A stretch of 64,000 nt of DNA from Acidimicrobiaceae bacterium (GTDB taxonomy: Bacteria > Actinomycetota > Acidimicrobiia > Acidimicrobiales > Ilumatobacteraceae): the NCBI GenBank assembly GCA_020637295.1, contig JACJWF010000004.1, positions 170,228 to 234,227 of the forward strand. The letters are read 5' to 3'. This document shows positions 62,286-64,000 of the stretch, piece by piece. Positions within the stretch are counted from its first letter, which is position 1; each line of letters begins with the position of its first letter. A program made the position numbers and the translations under genes. Below the pieces are notes generated by a model. The model did no database searches, was not told the DNA's origin, and was given only the letters and a program-made list of their open reading frames with translations.

Positions 62286-62360
62286 TCAGGCCGACTGCAC
62301 CTTCTTGACGGCCACGGCCACCAACCCGATGAGTGCGAGGAGGAGGATGAGTCGCTTCAT
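62286..62360 (-). CDS. 24-codon hydrophobic small ORF (MKRLILLLALIGLVAVAVKKVQSA) immediately upstream of the dehydrogenase
   Basis: ATG start, high GC3 (22 of 24 codons end in G or C), and a stop that overlaps the first codon of the dehydrogenase-frame coding signal (CTGA). There is no obvious SD sequence, so this is tentative. Confidence 0.35.
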   Translation of the reverse strand: MKRLILLLALIGLVAVAVKKVQSA

Positions 62361-62418
62361 GGGTGGGAGCCTAGTCCCGCTCCACTCTCCCGGTCGGCGC
62401 CCACTACCCTCGACCGAC

Positions 62419-62514
62419 GGAGGTGTCCGTGCGCCTGGTGGGCACCGCCGCCTTCAAAGCGGTTGGGGCAGGCGATCCCTGCCCGGCGGGTTCGATTCCC
62501 GTCCACCTCCGCCA
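62419..62514 (+). tRNA. selC: tRNA-Sec (anticodon UCA)
   Basis: 96 nt: GGAGGTGT...CTTCAAA loop...long variable arm GGGCAGG-CGATC-CCTGCCC...GGGTTCGATTCCC...CACCTCC-G-CCA. It aligns closely block by block with my recollection of E. coli selC (CTTCAAA, TTGGGGC, variable stem, GGTTCGAnTCC, discriminator G, CCA). Confidence 0.85.
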
Positions 62515-62545
62515 ATCGATCTGGGCGCGAGAACGGAAAGCAACG

Positions 62546-62574
62546 TTGACATTGTGACAAGTTTGCTTTACACT
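62546..62574 (+). promoter_or_regulatory. Strong sigma-70-type promoter: -35 TTGACA, 17-nt spacer, -10 TACACT, feeding a leaderless ATG at 62583
   Basis: A consensus -35 and a TANNNT -10 inside an AT-rich island. Only 8 nt separate the -10 from the ATG. Confidence 0.55.
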
Positions 62575-62582
62575 CGCGCGAC

Positions 62583-63014
62583 ATGACGAACGCCCACAGC
62601 ACCACCAGTTCCCCCAACCGAGGTCCCCGGCTCAGTGCCGCGGACAAGCACCAGCGCGACCGGTACCTGCGGGAGTTCATCCCGGCCATCGTGACCTTCT
62701 GGATCCTGCTGGCCGTGGTGCTCAACACCGTTGACGAGCAGACGTACGGGGCGCGGCTCTGGGTCCTCCTGCCGGTGCTGCCGATGATCGGCGTCGCCGT
62801 CGCGCTCTACCGTGCCGTGCAGCGGGCCGACGAGTACGGCCGGGTGGTGCTGCTCGAGTGCATGGCGCTGGGCTTCGGCGCAGCGATGGTCGCCTCGTTG
62901 GCGCTCGGGTTCCTCGGCATCATCGGTGAGGCGTGGACCTTCGGCGGATGGCTGGTCTTCGGCATCGGCATGACGACCTGGACCGGGTCGCTCCTCGTGC
63001 GGAACTTGCGCTGA
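62583..63014 (+). CDS. Small integral membrane protein (4 predicted TM), partner of the downstream XRE regulator
   Basis: 143 aa. Polar N-terminus, then hydrophobic segments FIPAIVTFWILLAVVL, LWVLLPVLPMIGVAVAL, ALGFGAAMVASLALGFLG, WLVFGIGMTTW. Confidence 0.65.
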   Translation: MTNAHSTTSSPNRGPRLSAADKHQRDRYLREFIPAIVTFWILLAVVLNTVDEQTYGARLWVLLPVLPMIGVAVALYRAVQRADEYGRVVLLECMALGFGAAMVASLALGFLGIIGEAWTFGGWLVFGIGMTTWTGSLLVRNLR

Positions 63015-63229
63015 TGGAGAACAGCCTGAGGGTTCGGCGCGCCGCAAACGGCTGGAGCCAGGCACACCTGGCCGACCTGCTGGGCGTCAGCCGCCAGACG
63101 GTGAACGCGCTGGAGACGGGGCGCTACGACCCCAGCCTGCCGCTGGCCTTCCGGCTGGCGCGCGTCTTCGCCACCACGATCGAAGACCTATTCACGCCCA
63201 CCGACAGCGACCTGCGATCGCCCGCATGA
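63014..63229 (+). CDS. Short XRE-family helix-turn-helix transcriptional regulator
   Basis: LRVRRAANGWSQAHLADLLGVSRQTVNALETGRYDPSLPLAFRLARVF. 71 aa. The ATG shares one base with the upstream TGA (TGATG). Confidence 0.85.
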   Translation: MENSLRVRRAANGWSQAHLADLLGVSRQTVNALETGRYDPSLPLAFRLARVFATTIEDLFTPTDSDLRSPA

Positions 63230-63322
63230 CGGTTCGAACCGTGGTCCAGGGCAAGCCGATGCGGACGTGGAACCTGAGGCCGCCGGGTAGCGCCTGCGCC
63301 CGTCCAGGTGCATCATGGACTC

Positions 63323-64000
63323 GTGAGGTTCGCACGCTTGCTCGCGGCGGCCTGCCTGCTGGTCGCCTGCACGACGACGCCGGCCGGGACCACACCCTCA
63401 ACGACCCGATCGCCGACGACGGCCGAGCAGACCTCCGTCTCCACGGTCGCGCCGACGGCCGAACCGACCACCACCGTCTCGTACCCCACGACCACGGAGC
63501 ACACGCTGCCGGCCGACTGCGACGCCACCCCGCTGCTGGCCGAGGTGGATGCCCGCATGGCGTCGGCCCGCCTGGCGCCCGGTAGCGGCTGGCGGACCGA
63601 CGGTTCGCTGTCCACGCCGTTCGACGCCATCACGCAGGACGCGGAGGAGTTCCGCTACCGGATGGGCCTGGACTGCCGGTTGCGCGCGTCGCAGCGAGGC
63701 GCCGACGGCTCCGTGCGACTGCTGGTCGCGGCGTGGACCGGGCAGCGCAGCGCCTTCGTCGTCCAAGCCAGCGATGCGCCGAGCACCCCGTACCGAGCCG
63801 ACCAGCGCCTCCAGTTGATGGTCGAGATCGCCTGGGGCGAGTGGCTCGTCGACCAGTTCGTCTGGGCCGGCACGCTCGCTGACGGCCGTTCGATGGTCAT
63901 CGGGACCGCCGACGCACCACTGGCCGTCGCAGCGAAGGCATGGCCCGCTGCCGTGCCCCGCTTCGAGGACCTGCCGGTCACCATCGCCGCCCAGAGGTAC
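63323..64000 (+). CDS. Lipoprotein, function unknown (3'-truncated by the window end)
   Basis: Not in the ORF track because no stop is reached. GTG start gives VRFARLLAAACLLVAC (lipobox), a Thr/Pro-rich linker, then a globular part. The frame is open to base 64000 with high GC3. Confidence 0.6.
   Translation, partial: MRFARLLAAACLLVACTTTPAGTTPSTTRSPTTAEQTSVSTVAPTAEPTTTVSYPTTTEHTLPADCDATPLLAEVDARMASARLAPGSGWRTDGSLSTPFDAITQDAEEFRYRMGLDCRLRASQRGADGSVRLLVAAWTGQRSAFVVQASDAPSTPYRADQRLQLMVEIAWGEWLVDQFVWAGTLADGRSMVIGTADAPLAVAAKAWPAAVPRFEDLPVTIAAQRY

Noticed and set aside
62286-62288. The TGA ending the 24-codon ORF read as selenocysteine, given that selC is 130 bp away
   Set aside because: Reading through the TGA in that frame gives low-GC3, non-coding-like codons and another TGA after 26 codons. 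The coding signal moves to a different frame instead.
58966-62586. A 1206-aa ORF on the + strand spanning the tadZ, CYTH-CHAD and dehydrogenase region
   Set aside because: It is antisense to four well-supported minus-strand genes, runs through the selC tRNA, and has low-complexity Arg/Gly/Ala/Pro content.
62515-64000. A genomic island integrated at selC
   Set aside because: In the 1.5 kb that remains downstream there is no integrase, no direct repeat of the tRNA 3' end and no compositional break apart from a short promoter island. The window end prevents full exclusion.
1-64000. Mobile elements, prophage, CRISPR-Cas, toxin-antitoxin or classical defence islands
   Set aside because: No translation in any frame looked like a transposase, integrase, recombinase, Cas protein, phage structural protein or restriction-modification protein. 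The window reads as core chromosome.

Overview
This is a very GC-rich, gene-dense chromosomal segment that looks like Actinomycetota (GC about 70% by eye, not computed). I support about 72 protein-coding genes, two tRNAs (tRNA-Thr(CGU) and a selenocysteine tRNA, selC), one FMN riboswitch and several compact promoter or operator candidates. I saw no rRNA, CRISPR array, transposase, integrase or prophage. All calls come from reading the six-frame track and the DNA: motif recognition, third-codon-position GC (GC3), start/stop overlaps and hand folding. No database search was possible.

Most very long ORFs in the track are high-GC artefacts lying antisense or out of frame to recognisable genes.

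Content from left to right:
- Housekeeping: an EF-G paralogue, tmk-holB-tRNA-Thr.
- Redox and lipid genes: a Baeyer-Villiger monooxygenase (BVMO), a thiolase, a nitronate monooxygenase, a wax-ester synthase (WS/DGAT) and two acyl-CoA dehydrogenases.
- A ygeW-ygeY pair.
- A complete AmmeMemoRadiSam triad.
- A seven-gene envelope operon: a duplicated-Cys lipoprotein, a peptidoglycan-binding adaptor with three Calx-beta-like modules, a MacB-type ABC exporter, a signal-less ApbE, a His/Asp-rich micro-membrane protein and a LysM protein.
- An iron-siderophore-type ABC operon that ends in a DJ-1 gene.
- A MoxR / DUF58-transglutaminase-fusion operon preceded by macro-domain and PPOX genes.
- An FMN-riboswitch-controlled minimal rib operon (ribE-ribB-ribH).
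- Divergent glgA/glgC, and sigK-rskA.
- sodA and an LPXTG repeat protein.
- A split Flp/Tad pilus locus and a CYTH-CHAD gene.
- A 2-hydroxyacid dehydrogenase with no canonical start codon, sitting behind a 24-codon hydrophobic upstream ORF.
- selC, followed by a leaderless membrane-protein/XRE pair.

The best candidates for an undescribed system are the 23.5-30.2 kb envelope operon and the adjacent, functionally unsolved AmmeMemoRadiSam triad.
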